A stretch of DNA of 64,000 bases, taken from Octopus sinensis (lineage: Eukaryota). Shown here in pieces: positions 51,760 through 64,000 of this stretch; the stretch's first letter is position 1; each line of letters opens with the position of its first letter. The stretch spans positions 109,926,001 to 109,990,000 of the forward strand of contig NC_042998.1 of assembly GCF_006345805.1 (NCBI RefSeq). The letters are read 5' to 3'. The translations under genes and the position numbers were made by a program. The notes under the pieces are model-generated. The model worked only from the letters and a program-made list of their open reading frames with translations, did not search any database and was not told the origin of the DNA.

Positions 51760-53432
51760 GTGTACATGTATGCGTTCGTGGATGTCCGGTGTTCGACGAC
51801 GAAACTTTCATGTTCGATTCACTGAATTTCCTGTTTCTGAATTAAAGTGTAATTGGCGAAGCATTTTATAGACTCGTGTACCCTTAACGAAATTCTCAGA
51901 CAATGAACGTGACACGGTGTATAACTAAAGCTACGACATTTAAATAAGTAGAATTTTCGTTTATCCAGTTTTGTACAAAAACAAGTATGTTTCAATTCAC
52001 CACTGGAGAAACTCACATTCGCCCAAGAATCAACGCAGTGAGATCAAACCTCGTATTTCTTGCGAAGCGAATTACTTAGTCATGCGTCCATACTGGGCTT
52101 ACATACATATATACATACATGCATACATACGTACGTGCATACATACATACATTCATTCATTCATACATACATACATACATACATACATACATACATACAT
52201 ACATTAATTGATTTTCCGTATCATATTATTACATAAATATTATATAAATATTATTTATATAATAATTATGACATAGCATGATGTGGAAAACTGCGCAATA
52301 AACCGCTATTACCAGTACCCTAAAACAGTTGTGATTTATGATAAAAAAGCTGTTCATTCCATCTACGTACACTAACGCGTACTCACAAGTATATTCAGTA
52401 AGAACAGTAATATTGATGTATGATGGCGTATGGTGGCCGATGACCGTTTAGGGTCTTTGAAATGCACATAATAAGGTTATTACCCAAATGATATGAAGCA
52501 CAGATACACACACACACATCCGCGCGCGCACACACACACATGATCCGGGGATCATATATATATGTAGGAAGTTTGTAAGCAGTAGGTTGCTAGTATGAAA
52601 GAACTGGGCAGAATACGATAAGGTGCAATAACAATTCATTGGCATCGAGGGTTACACACTTTTTTTCCATATCAAAGCTACGAAGAATTTCGATAAGCTT
52701 ATAGTTTCTATACAACTTACCGTTGGCAACTGATGTTGCTAAACATGTGCGTATTGTGTGTGTGAGTATGTGTGTGTGTGTGGTGTGTGTGTGTGTGCGG
52801 TGCGTGTGTGTGTGTGTGTGTGTATGTGTGTGTGTGTGTGTGTGTGCGGTGCGTGTGTGTGTGTGTGTGTGTGCGCGCGCACGGTGCGTGTATGTAGCTG
52901 TACATACGTGTGCATGTGTACTGGTGCCTTTGTTCTATAGAACTAAACGACACCGACCCTATACCAATTTCCTCATATAAATACTCACGACAATATACCT
53001 GTTAGCTGAAATCTGTCAACATTTCTCGATAAGGTTCTTATTGCCCCAATACCTCGCCTTTCCCTATTACGATAACAATCTTTTTATTCTTTTATTTCTT
53101 CCTCTTTCTCCTTTCTTCCTACTCTTTGACTCTAAGCCACACCTCTTCTATTCACATTTGGGTCTCACCTTATGTTAAAACGTTCACTGGTCTTCTAAAC
53201 ATTATTTTATTCTTTGTCATTGACTTTTCTATTTATCTGGACCTACCATTTTATTGTGGCTGACTTGAGAATTTCCATGCCGCAATGTAAACTTTATTGA
53301 GGTAATTTCAGCTTGATTGACTAGTTATATTGACGAGAGTCCGTTGCACAGCAATTGTATAATAGGCTTCAGCTAGTTAGGAAACATATGTAAATTACAT
53401 TTTACCTGGTCTACTCCTTTAAATTTGGAACG

Positions 53433-53465
<33 letters not shown>

Positions 53466-53994
53466 GTATGTATATATATATATATGTAAAGAGAGAGAGG
53501 GGGGAGAGAGAGAAAGAGGATAGAGAGAGAGGGAGATAGATAGATAGATATGCTGCTTGTATGTGTCAGTGTGTTAAGGTTTTGTTTTATTTTCTACTTT
53601 AGCAGCAATCGATATAGTTGCAAAGTAAATTAATCATCGTAGTTTCACTTTAACTTATTACATTAATATTATTGCATTACGTTACGCTGTATAGCGCGTG
53701 CTTGCGTGCGTATGTGTGTGTGTGCATGTGTGTGTGTGCATTTTAGCAAAACTTAATTTATTTTAAAAACTAATGATCTGACGTTCTCTCTGGTGAATTT
53801 CTAGGTTTCTAACAAATTGGAACTGTTACTAAGCTAAGAAACATTGGTCTTTTTTCATTCTACGATTAAGTTGAGATCAATGGAAGATTTGCTGGAAAAT
53901 TTATCGTGCTAAATAACATCTCTGGCCGTAGATTCTACTTGTTCTGACGAAACATTCGTCGACGCCGTTGTTGCACTTTATCTACTGTTACTTT

Positions 53995-54290
<296 letters not shown>

Positions 54291-54794
54291 TATCCGTTTG
54301 ATTATCCATATAACAAAGGCACCAGTACTCATGCACGCGTACGTACAGCTATACACATACACACACACACACACACACACCGCACACACACACACATATA
54401 CATATACGCACATGTTTAGCAATATGACTAATAAGAACAATAACAAAAGCAACATCAACGACAGTTTCTTCAGAACAACAAGAATCTGCAACCAAAATGC
54501 TGGAGATGTGATTTTCTACGATTAATTTGCTTCATTGTTTTATTTATTCTTAATTTCTTTAATACTCTCACTTTATTACTTCCATTTATTTATCCAATTT
54601 ACCTTATTTGTTTACTTCATCTGTAATGCGTTCTCACTGTCTTGCATCCATATTTGTGGTTCTCACATTTTTTACTTGCACAGATCTTTCTATATATTCT
54701 TCATCCTGCACAATACTGTACCCCATTTCGCTTCCTCATTCTGTTTTTATCTATCTTTCTATCTGTCTATCCATACATAAATACATACATACAT

Positions 54795-54892
<98 letters not shown>

Positions 54893-54927
54893 TATATATA
54901 TATACATAAATACATATATACATACAT

Positions 54928-54966
<39 letters not shown>

Positions 54967-55104
54967 AGTAGTTGAATGAATTATCTTAGTATGGATAATT
55001 CGGCTAACCGATACCTGGGTAGCAAATTCACGTCAGAAAAACTACATGCCAAGGGCAGAGATCACGTGCTTTCGTGTGGAAATTTGTCTGTTTTTTTAAA
55101 ACAA

Positions 55105-55166
55105 ATAAATGAAAGAATGGAGTTGAACGACGATTTAAAAAAATCGTCGTTCAACTCCATTCTTTC

Positions 55167-55172
<6 letters not shown>
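55105..55172. repeat. Perfect palindrome with 32-bp arms, abutting (TA)n
   Basis: ATAAATGAAAGAATGGAGTTGAACGACGATTT-AAAA-AAATCGTCGTTCAACTCCATTCTTTCATTTAT. Confidence 0.95.
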
Positions 55173-55241
<69 letters not shown>

Positions 55242-55330
55242 CATATATATACATATATATATATTTCGTTTTTGGATTTTTGTTTGCAATGTTCTTTATA
55301 TGAGTTCGTGTGTTGAAGCATATTCTGTTG

Positions 55331-55823
55331 TGTCTGGGGAGAGTCATTTTTCTTTTAGTGCCTTATTATTTAACACACTCTCCGGTAAAATTTCCACTTA
55401 TTTCTTATTTTTATTTTCTAAAATTTTCGTTGCGTCTTGCAGCCTTTTGAATAGTCTTGACTCTGTCCGTTATTTACATTGCGTTCCTTTTTGTTTGTTT
55501 GTGCGCATGTCTGTGGGTCAGTGTGTGTGTGTGCCTATACATGCATACACGTACGTATGTATGTGTGCGTGTGTTTGCCTGTGTATGTATATATGTGTGT
55601 GTATGCATATGTATGTATGTGTGTGTGTTATGTAACTATGGACCATGTTTGTACGTATGGATGTGCATCTTTATATGTGTGGATCCGTGTCTCCATATGC
55701 GTCTGTTCTTGTAACCTATGTACCTATCCGTCTGTAGAAAATAAAAATAAGAAATAAGTGGAAATTTTACCGGTGAGTGTGTTAAATAATAAGGCACTAA
55801 AAGAGAATAACTCTCCCCAGACA
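55331..55823. repeat. Foldback structure with about 90-bp inverted arms around a 314-bp spacer
   Basis: 55331-55420 against 55735-55823, about 95% identical in inverted orientation. Confidence 0.9.
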
Positions 55824-55888
55824 ATAAAGGAAAGGGAATCAGGATAAAATATGGCCATCATGGAGGCATTGCTCTACTGTTGGCAAGG

Positions 55889-55945
<57 letters not shown>

Positions 55946-56507
55946 CACACAAATACATATATGCACCTCGAAATACGGAATAGAAAGACAGCCGACAAAC
56001 ACACCATATGGAGAGATAGGTAAAGGAAAAAATATTAGAACAAGAGTCTCCGGCCAACCTTCTAGAGATGTGGTTTAGCACAATAAATATTCTAATCTAC
56101 TTTATTTATTTACAAACCTCATCCTATTACTTTTAATGAATTATCTAATTTACTTTATTTAATCTACATTCTCTCCCATATATTTTCTATTTCATATCTA
56201 TATAGCAATCAATTCAATGACCGTCTCAGGTTGTTCCGTATATTTTTCACTTTACACACTTGTGTTCATTTTCTCTTTCTCTAGAAACCATCCAATCTCG
56301 ATCATCTTTAATACCCTGCTTCGGCATAAACTTACGCATACTTTACACTCTTGTAGTTATTTATAGCTTATTGTGCAGTCGACTGACAGGCAAATCCTAC
56401 AGGTAATCACAAATTTAGGACACTTATATCGAATCTCTATCCCATCATGCTCACATATACAAGTACCAAAATTCATTTTATGTTAATTCTCTCAAACAAA
56501 TTCTAAT

Positions 56508-56539
<32 letters not shown>

Positions 56540-56781
56540 CATATTGGTCATTAGAATAAAAAATCTGTTTATCCTCATTGTTCCTATATATATATATGTA
56601 TGTCTGTATGTGTATGTGTCTGTGTGTGTATCTGTGTGTGTGCGTGTGTATGTGTGTGTGTGCGTGCGTATGTGTGCCTGTGTGCGTGTTCGTGTGTGTA
56701 TGTGCGCGTGTGTATGTGTGTATGACATATATATATATATACATATATTTAAAAAAAGGGAGATGTCGAACACGAGTGGTG

Positions 56782-56979
56782 ATATATAAAAAAGGAAATG
56801 AAGAAAATGCTGACAAATAATTGAAGTAATTTAAGTAATTTAATTAGGTGAAGTTCTTTTTACCGGTTGCGCATTTGTTATAAGCATAACAAATGCGCAA
56901 CCGGTAAAAAGAACTTTCACCTAATTAAATTACTTAAATTACTTCAATTATTTGTCAGCATTTTCTTCATTTCCTTTTT

Positions 56980-56986
<7 letters not shown>
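56782..56986. repeat. Near-perfect hairpin with 100-bp arms and a 4-nt loop, abutting (TA)n
   Basis: 56782-56881 against 56886-56986, a single 1-nt indel, loop AAGC. Confidence 0.95.
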
Positions 56987-57031
<45 letters not shown>

Positions 57032-59646
57032 ATATATATTATATATATAATATGTCACAAATACGCATACACACATTCACACACAAATATCTAGGGGTGG
57101 GAATGGGAAACCTATATTTCCCACAGCTTATTGTGTTAAACAGGACGATGGATTAAGTCTAAGTGTAGTCAATATTCTTCCGAAGATTTCCACATTCGAC
57201 TGTAAAAATTCTTCATATGACCTTAAACGGTCTGAGTTTATGATAACAACATATTGTGCGAGATGTTATGCAACTAAACACGTACAAATGAAGTGAAAGC
57301 ACCCAACCATCTTCACGAAGAACTCTGTGAGCCAGGATCACTGACTAAATTGCTTCCTGGCTCACTCTCTTACATATTCATTCTCTGTATCTCTCCTACT
57401 TTCTCTCTTTTTCACACACATAGACACACATGCGCGCGCGAGCGAGCTCACGCATTTGCACACATGCACAGAAACTAGTACTTGAAACACTAAAAGGTTA
57501 GTTAAGATAAACTTCAGGGTTTTATGAAAATGAAGTAGTTAGATAAAAATAAACATAGTGTGAGTAGGAGAAAGATGAAAAGAAATAAAGTCAAAGTGAC
57601 GGAAAACTTGGTGTTCAGATCAGAAATGAGCGATAGATATTGTACGAGAGATTTAATCTCTGTAGAAAAATGTCACAACAAAACAATTGCTTTTACAAGT
57701 ATATACATATATACATACACGTACAATTTCAGATACAGCAATGTACGCACACAATCGAACTATCACGTACGTTGAAACAAATGTACTTATTCATAAAACA
57801 CGCACGCAACTTTACGCAAGACATTTACAAACATCAAATATATATACACTTATGCACTAAACATAAACACACGCAAACATATACACACCTTACTCGTTCA
57901 CAATGCACAAACACAGAAACACACATTCCAAAGATTTCAGGCATTCAAGTGCACTTAAGGCAAACACAGACACACTAATAAATGTATAAACATGTTGAGG
58001 TGATTTAAATGTATTTCATGTCTGTATGTTTATAGCAGGTACTGCAATGAATAACTTGTATTTTGCTTATGTAAGCATTCAAGTACATTTGGATTCATGA
58101 AGATAAACTTGTTAAGCACAACCCACATACATACCCACTCCAAATATGCTACCACGTATATACATCATATGCACTAAATAAAATGCATGATCATGTTCAC
58201 ATTGTTTAAACAAGATTTATTTATGTAGTTGTAACAATACGTTGAATGTTGCTTAATTTATATTTGATTCCATCAGCTTTAAAATCTATTTGAATTTATT
58301 CCGATATTCTAAAGAGGCTGTCTTGCCACACAGTATATACATTACACATAAACACGATATACTATACTAAACTTTAATATTGTATAGTATACTATATCAA
58401 AGACGTTAAAGTGGCAGAGTTGTTACAAAATCGTGACTCTGATCTTTAGAACTGCGATTAATACTTCTGCTATGTTTCTTCCTTATTCAAGCTTCTCAGT
58501 AATATCTAAGCTAACCACTAGAAGAAATGTCAGAAGCAATAGAGAAGTATATAGGGTTTTTGTCAATGGACAAAAATATTGATTGATAACACTATCTAAG
58601 GATACCTATGTTTCTCTGAGGGGTCTGATAAAATCAAATCATGTCCAGCGATGTCTTTATAATTCTGAATGACTTATCCGCCATGGCAAAACAATACTCA
58701 ATACGCAACTGCATGATATATGCGTAGAATCCCATAAAATTACGTGCCAGTAAATCATGTTATTCTTTAATGCTTATAGACGTTTTTGTACTCAACAACG
58801 ACTAAAAATTCTCGTTCTTACTGATGAGCATGTTTGTCTAGCGTCAACAGCACGGCACCTTGATGTAAGATACAATCATATAAATATGTGTGTATGTGTG
58901 CGTGAGTGTGTGTGTGTGTGTATGTGTGTGTGTGTGTGTGTTATTCGTGACATAGCCATCAAAAAGTATATACCAGACTGAAATAAGTTCTAAAATCTAA
59001 AACTGGCATACCCAGAGGTCTAACATGACTGCAATCCAATGCCTGAAATCAGTGAAAGAGGACAATTAATAAGAAAGAAACTAACGAAACCTAGTCTAAT
59101 ATAAAAATACACAATCAGCTGAGAGATTGTTGCTAGTTGTACAAGTATGCTTCTGTGGTTGCATAAGTTGTCTTAAGTTCTCAAGTTTCTAATTGCATCA
59201 TCAGATATATTTCCTCGTTCAAGCTATGATTTAAGACATGGTAGGGAGAAAAATAAAATATCAGGTAAAACATATGATGAAAAAGTAAATAGGCCCTAGA
59301 AAATATACCTGATTATAATGTGGACTAAATTACATCTGATTTATTAGCATCCATAAAATTTACCTGACATTTAGAATACATTCCCCCTGAAAGCTAGACA
59401 TCAATAAATAACAAATTTAAAGTAAAAACCTCATAGCAAAATATATGACTATTTTACAAAATGTAAATGAAACACGAGTTAAATTAAAGGACAAATTAGT
59501 CAGGTATGTGTACACAAGGCTCTTTCTCGCCTCTCTCTTTCTCTATCTGATGTATATATGTATGCATGTGTGCAGAAGTAGTATATGCGCCGCGTGTGCA
59601 TGTGAATGTGTTTATTCGTATATATGTATGTATACACACACACACA

Positions 59647-59690
<44 letters not shown>

Positions 59691-59709
59691 TTATATATTT
59701 ATTTATATA

Positions 59710-60300
59710 TGCAGGGTCTTCGGGATAATTTGAGAGATTCCAAAAGTAAGATTATTGAAAAAATAAACAAAAAGTATTAACAAAACGGGAGAAATCAATT
59801 TATTCAAAGTAGCCGCCTTCAGCTTCTATAACGGCTTCAAGAGAGCTTTGAAAGCGTTCCATACTGAATTCTTCAGACACCTTGATCTTGAACACTAGTT
59901 TCATATTGGTGTTGCAGATAGAGCGGTCTGTGTCTTTCTCAACTGAGTTCCAGATGGGATTACAATGGGGGGATGGGGGAATGGAGGCCAGAAATTGGGG
60001 TTGGTGATGTCGTAGTAATTCTCTGACAATCAATTCTGACTCTTTCTGGAAGTGTGGCAACTAGCCGAACTTTGCTGTCACACATATGGCCATCCAGCGG
60101 CAACTCTCCAGCAAGGGTTTGATCACTGTCTCCATCAGCTTCACGTAGCTGTCTCAATTGAGCCCTGTTCAAATATGTTGGGTGGAACAATATCACTCTC
60201 ACGGGAGATACACACAAAGACCATCACAGTTAGGAGGAATTTGATGTTCATGAGACATCATGGGACATCATATGGATTGTAGGCAAACCACCAGTTGTTT
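59710..60300 (-). mobile_element. Tc1/mariner superfamily (maT/DD37D-like) transposon, 3' half, decayed
   Basis: Minus strand RVAAGWPYV*QQSSASCHTSRKSQN*LSENYYDIT, PNFWPP, and LEAVIEAEGGYFE C-terminus; TIR-like CAGGGT end at about 59712. Confidence 0.85.
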
Positions 60301-61014
60301 TGAATGTTGTGCAACTAGTTCAGGCAGGATTATCCATACTGCCTAAACTGCATATGCCTCAGTTTACGGAATTAACGGAAGTCAAATTCCTGTTTTCCTT
60401 TTTATTTCTTTTATTCTCATGTTCTTGTTTAACCGAATTTATTTGCGACACTGACACAAGCACTATTTCTTGCCATTATTCGTTATTTTATTAAAAATAC
60501 TTTATTTTCTTCCCTTTCTTTCCTATAACTCTCATTCGTTCTTGTTTATCGCTCTCTTTTCTTTTATCGTTATTCACTCGTTCATTTTCTTCTCTTCCTC
60601 GTATTTCTTTTCCAGTGTTTCTCTCTGATATTAGGAATTCCATCTCGATATCTCTTTTTCTGCCGCTGCTATTTCCTAATTGGACTGCATTGTCGTTTAG
60701 CTTATCTCGATTTACACTTTTGATTCATCTTGAGTTAACGTCCACATTATAAACACACCTTTAGTTTTATTCTAGTCGTAGAAGGCTTATCTATAGATTA
60801 TTTGTTTTGACTTTGTCCTCTTTTTTCATATCCTAGTGACCATGGATTTAACATTCTATTTCATGGTCCTCGATGAATCACTCCTTATTTGTTCTCTAGA
60901 TGTATATCCAGTGATGCAATTCTCACTGTATGATAACATTTGCTACCCAGTATCTGTTGAGATTTTAATAGCGTACTACAAAACTTTTTATCCAAATTTT
61001 ATTCAACTGTATAA

Positions 61015-61058
<44 letters not shown>

Positions 61059-61142
61059 CGTGTGTGTGCGTGTGTGTATGCGTGTGTGTATGTGTGCGTG
61101 TATGTGTGCGTGTGTGTATGTGTGTGTGTATATGTGTGTGTG

Positions 61143-61395
61143 TGGAGGCGCGTGGTTTTGTGGTTAGGGTGACAGTATCATGATCGTAACATTGTAGTTA
61201 CGATTCCTGGACCGGGCGACGCGTTGTGTTCTTGAGCAAAACAGTTCATTTCCCGTTGCTCCAGTCCACTCAGCTGGCAAAAATGAGTAACGCTGCGATG
61301 GACTGGCGTTCCATCCAGCTGGGGAACACGTACGCCATGGAACCGGGAAACCGGGCCCATGAGCCTGGCTAGGCTTTAAAAGGCGCATTTATTTA
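61143..61395 (+). mobile_element. tRNA-derived SINE, family 3
   Basis: GGAGGCGCGTGG...GTGGTTAGGGTG head and TTCTTGAGCAAAAC...TTGCTCCAGTCCACTCAGCTGGCAAAAATGAGT core. Confidence 0.8.
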
Positions 61396-61402
61396 TTATA
61401 TA

Positions 61403-61485
<83 letters not shown>

Positions 61486-62021
61486 GTATATATATATACA
61501 TATACATACATATATATATATATATAAATATGAAGAGGGAGAGAGAAAAAGAGAAAGACAGAGAGAAAGAGAGAGAGGAAAAGAGAGGAGAGAGAAGTAG
61601 TGTTTAACGTTACTGCTATTTTAACCACAGGAAGACGCCTCTTCCAGCTGGTTATCCAGTGCACTCTGCAATCGATATACATTGCAAGCGGGAAGAGGAC
61701 TCCCTAGTATTTTAGCCCCGAGAGCACCAGAAAGTGAGCGGTTTCGACCCCTTTATTGTCATCCTCGGTGATGCATGCTTCTCCGCTAAACATACCAGTA
61801 GTTCACACCAAGTCGCAAAGTATAGAAATAAGTGACACTGAGTCACTGATCTTGCAACAAGCAAGGTAACTGGTTAGAAAAATAGATAGCAGTATCGTCA
61901 GTTCGAAGGGAATACCCATGTGTAGGTGACGTTAAACACTACTTCTGAGTGTAAATACTCCTTTCATCTCGTATATTTTCCTAACTAGCTACTTAGTATT
62001 ATATATAAATATATGTATTTG

Positions 62022-62075
<54 letters not shown>

Positions 62076-63035
62076 TTACATACATGTGCATACATATATA
62101 TACATACATACATGCACACATATATATATATATATATATATATACGTACACACACATACACACACACAGATATATACATACATACATACATACATACATA
62201 CATACACATACACAAATATATATATACATATGTAAATTATGATATTCATTATTCTATTTCTTTCAGTATACTGTTTGCATTCATAGAAATAATTAGTTAT
62301 ACATAGAAGGCAATCACAGGCGCATACATGCATGCAGACAGGTGTTACGCAGATTCACTTTCACACATACAGAAGCATGCACACATCTACAGCAGACTTT
62401 TCGCACACACATTTTTAAGTCCCAGATATATCTGGATATTAATTAGAAAATGTATGAATAGTTATATGTTGACATTCAATAAAGACGAATAAAAGATATT
62501 TAAAAAAGTACTTGTGCTTTGGTATTTCTGTTGCCAAGTATTCAAATTAATTTTCAGAATGGAAATTTATGCTATCTTCATAAATACTACTACATCTGCG
62601 CTTAAGTCCGAACTTCACGAAGCAGCGTCTGGTGTTAGAACATCATTATTATCTTCTTTTTTTTTCTTTGTTTGTTTCAAATATTCGCCCTATTCTTTTC
62701 TGAATATAATTGTTTTTTGAACAAATGCGTGATAGAGGAAAGTTTAAGAAAGATTAAGAATGAAGGATGAGAAAGAAAAATTCAGATGACGAAGAAGACT
62801 GAAATTTATTATTAAAATTTCAACACGAATCTGCATATATGTATATTTCAACATATTTTACTGTATTCAGGTGCTTGACTGACTAAACATTAAATGATGC
62901 AGTATCTAGTAATTTTAACTTTACTCCCAGGTATCAAAAGATTTAACCACAAACACACACACACACACAGATATATCTATTTCACTTTTTATTTTATTTT
63001 ATTCATTACATTTTTTATTCTTATATGCTGTAACA

Positions 63036-63037
<2 letters not shown>

Positions 63038-63111
<74 letters not shown>
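63038..63111. repeat. (TAT)n microsatellite
   Basis: Direct reading. Confidence 0.95.
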
Positions 63112-63412
63112 GAGCTAAAAATTGAAGTAATAATTTTAACGCATACGCGCACAGAACCATACACATATGTAATAAACATGCTTTTATAGTCATAGTATAC
63201 TGGAGTATTCCAACAGATCATAATGTATCCCTTGTATTGCCCTTTACATGCTCTGATGATTTTCCTCCCAAAGTATTTTGAAATGCAAGATTATATATGT
63301 GTATATGTTTTGTAGTTAAAATTGGATGCGAAATGAAACATTTGTAGGTGAAGATGTTAATTAATTTATAAATTAATTTGCATCCATTAGATCTCTCCGT
63401 TTTCAAACTTAA

Positions 63413-63475
<63 letters not shown>

Positions 63476-63519
63476 ACGTATATATATATATATAAACATA
63501 TCTTTTATATTTAACTTAT

Positions 63520-63735
63520 TTCTTTACTTTTCTACCCGAGGTACAAGGCCCGAAATTTTAGGAGAAAGGCCAGTTGATTAGATCGACCCAGTACACAACT
63601 AGTACTTAATTTATCAACCCCGAAAGGATGAAAGGCAAAGTCGACCACGGCGGAATTTGAACTCAGAACGTAAAGACAGACGAAATATCGCTAAACATTT
63701 CGCCCGGCTTGTTAACGCTTCTGCCAGCTCTCCGA
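63520..63735 (-). mobile_element. SINE family 1
   Basis: Core and head complement ending CTGCCAGCTCTCC. Confidence 0.85.
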
Positions 63736-64000
63736 TTTCTTTAACTTACTTCTGTCATCTGACTTAAGTGCACCGACAACAGCCCAATCTCAGTGTCAAC
63801 GACAGGCAAAATTTCAAGGACACTGAAACTTTATATACCGTTGAGATTGAAATTCGGCTGTTATGTCGCTACCAGACACACACACACACACACCGCGCTC
63901 ACACACACACACACATATACACACACACGGCAACACACAAAACGTATAAGTCAGTTTAGTGGCATCGCAACTACAAAACCCAGCAGCTTCGTGCTGATGA

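Noticed and set aside
53320-53366. UGACGA-GAGUC ... CAAUUGUA hammerhead-like relic
   Set aside because: C3 and GAAA are lost; too degraded
58783-58867. Candidate plus exon RFCTQQRLKILVLTDEHVCLASTARHLD (and another at 61631-61734)
   Set aside because: Good splice sites, but the phases do not fit directly after 51418 and there is no homology; such pairs arise by chance in 64 kb

Overview
Eukaryotic, AT-rich, repeat-dominated DNA, most likely an intronic or intergenic stretch of an octopus (coleoid cephalopod) genome. The organism is inferred from my recognition of the tRNA-derived SINE families, not from a database search. Almost every ORF in the supplied track is a microsatellite artefact. 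The real protein-coding signal is transposon debris: three mariner remnants, one maT/DD37D-like Tc1-mariner, two CR1/L2-type LINE 3' ends, an R4/Dong-like LINE end, an RTE fragment and two Penelope-like (PLE) fragments. About 20 SINE copies of three families and several MITE-like elements are also present. No host gene could be named; a few short candidate exons with good splice sites are flagged at low confidence. The most notable structure is: (i) an apparently intact minimal type I hammerhead ribozyme at 24896-24985 (-), a homologous copy with a degraded stem II at 40911-40988 (-) and several decayed relatives, tied to a (TA)n-flanked, probably PLE-derived family; (ii) a SINE split by a chain of three locally templated segments (19.3-19.96 kb), a template-switching signature; (iii) three near-perfect foldback structures at 55.1-57.0 kb; (iv) a mariner built from two inverted 5' ends; (v) a CpG-rich 14-bp minisatellite inside a tandem duplication; (vi) SINE 3' tails matching the 3' ends of the CR1/L2-type LINEs in the same window.
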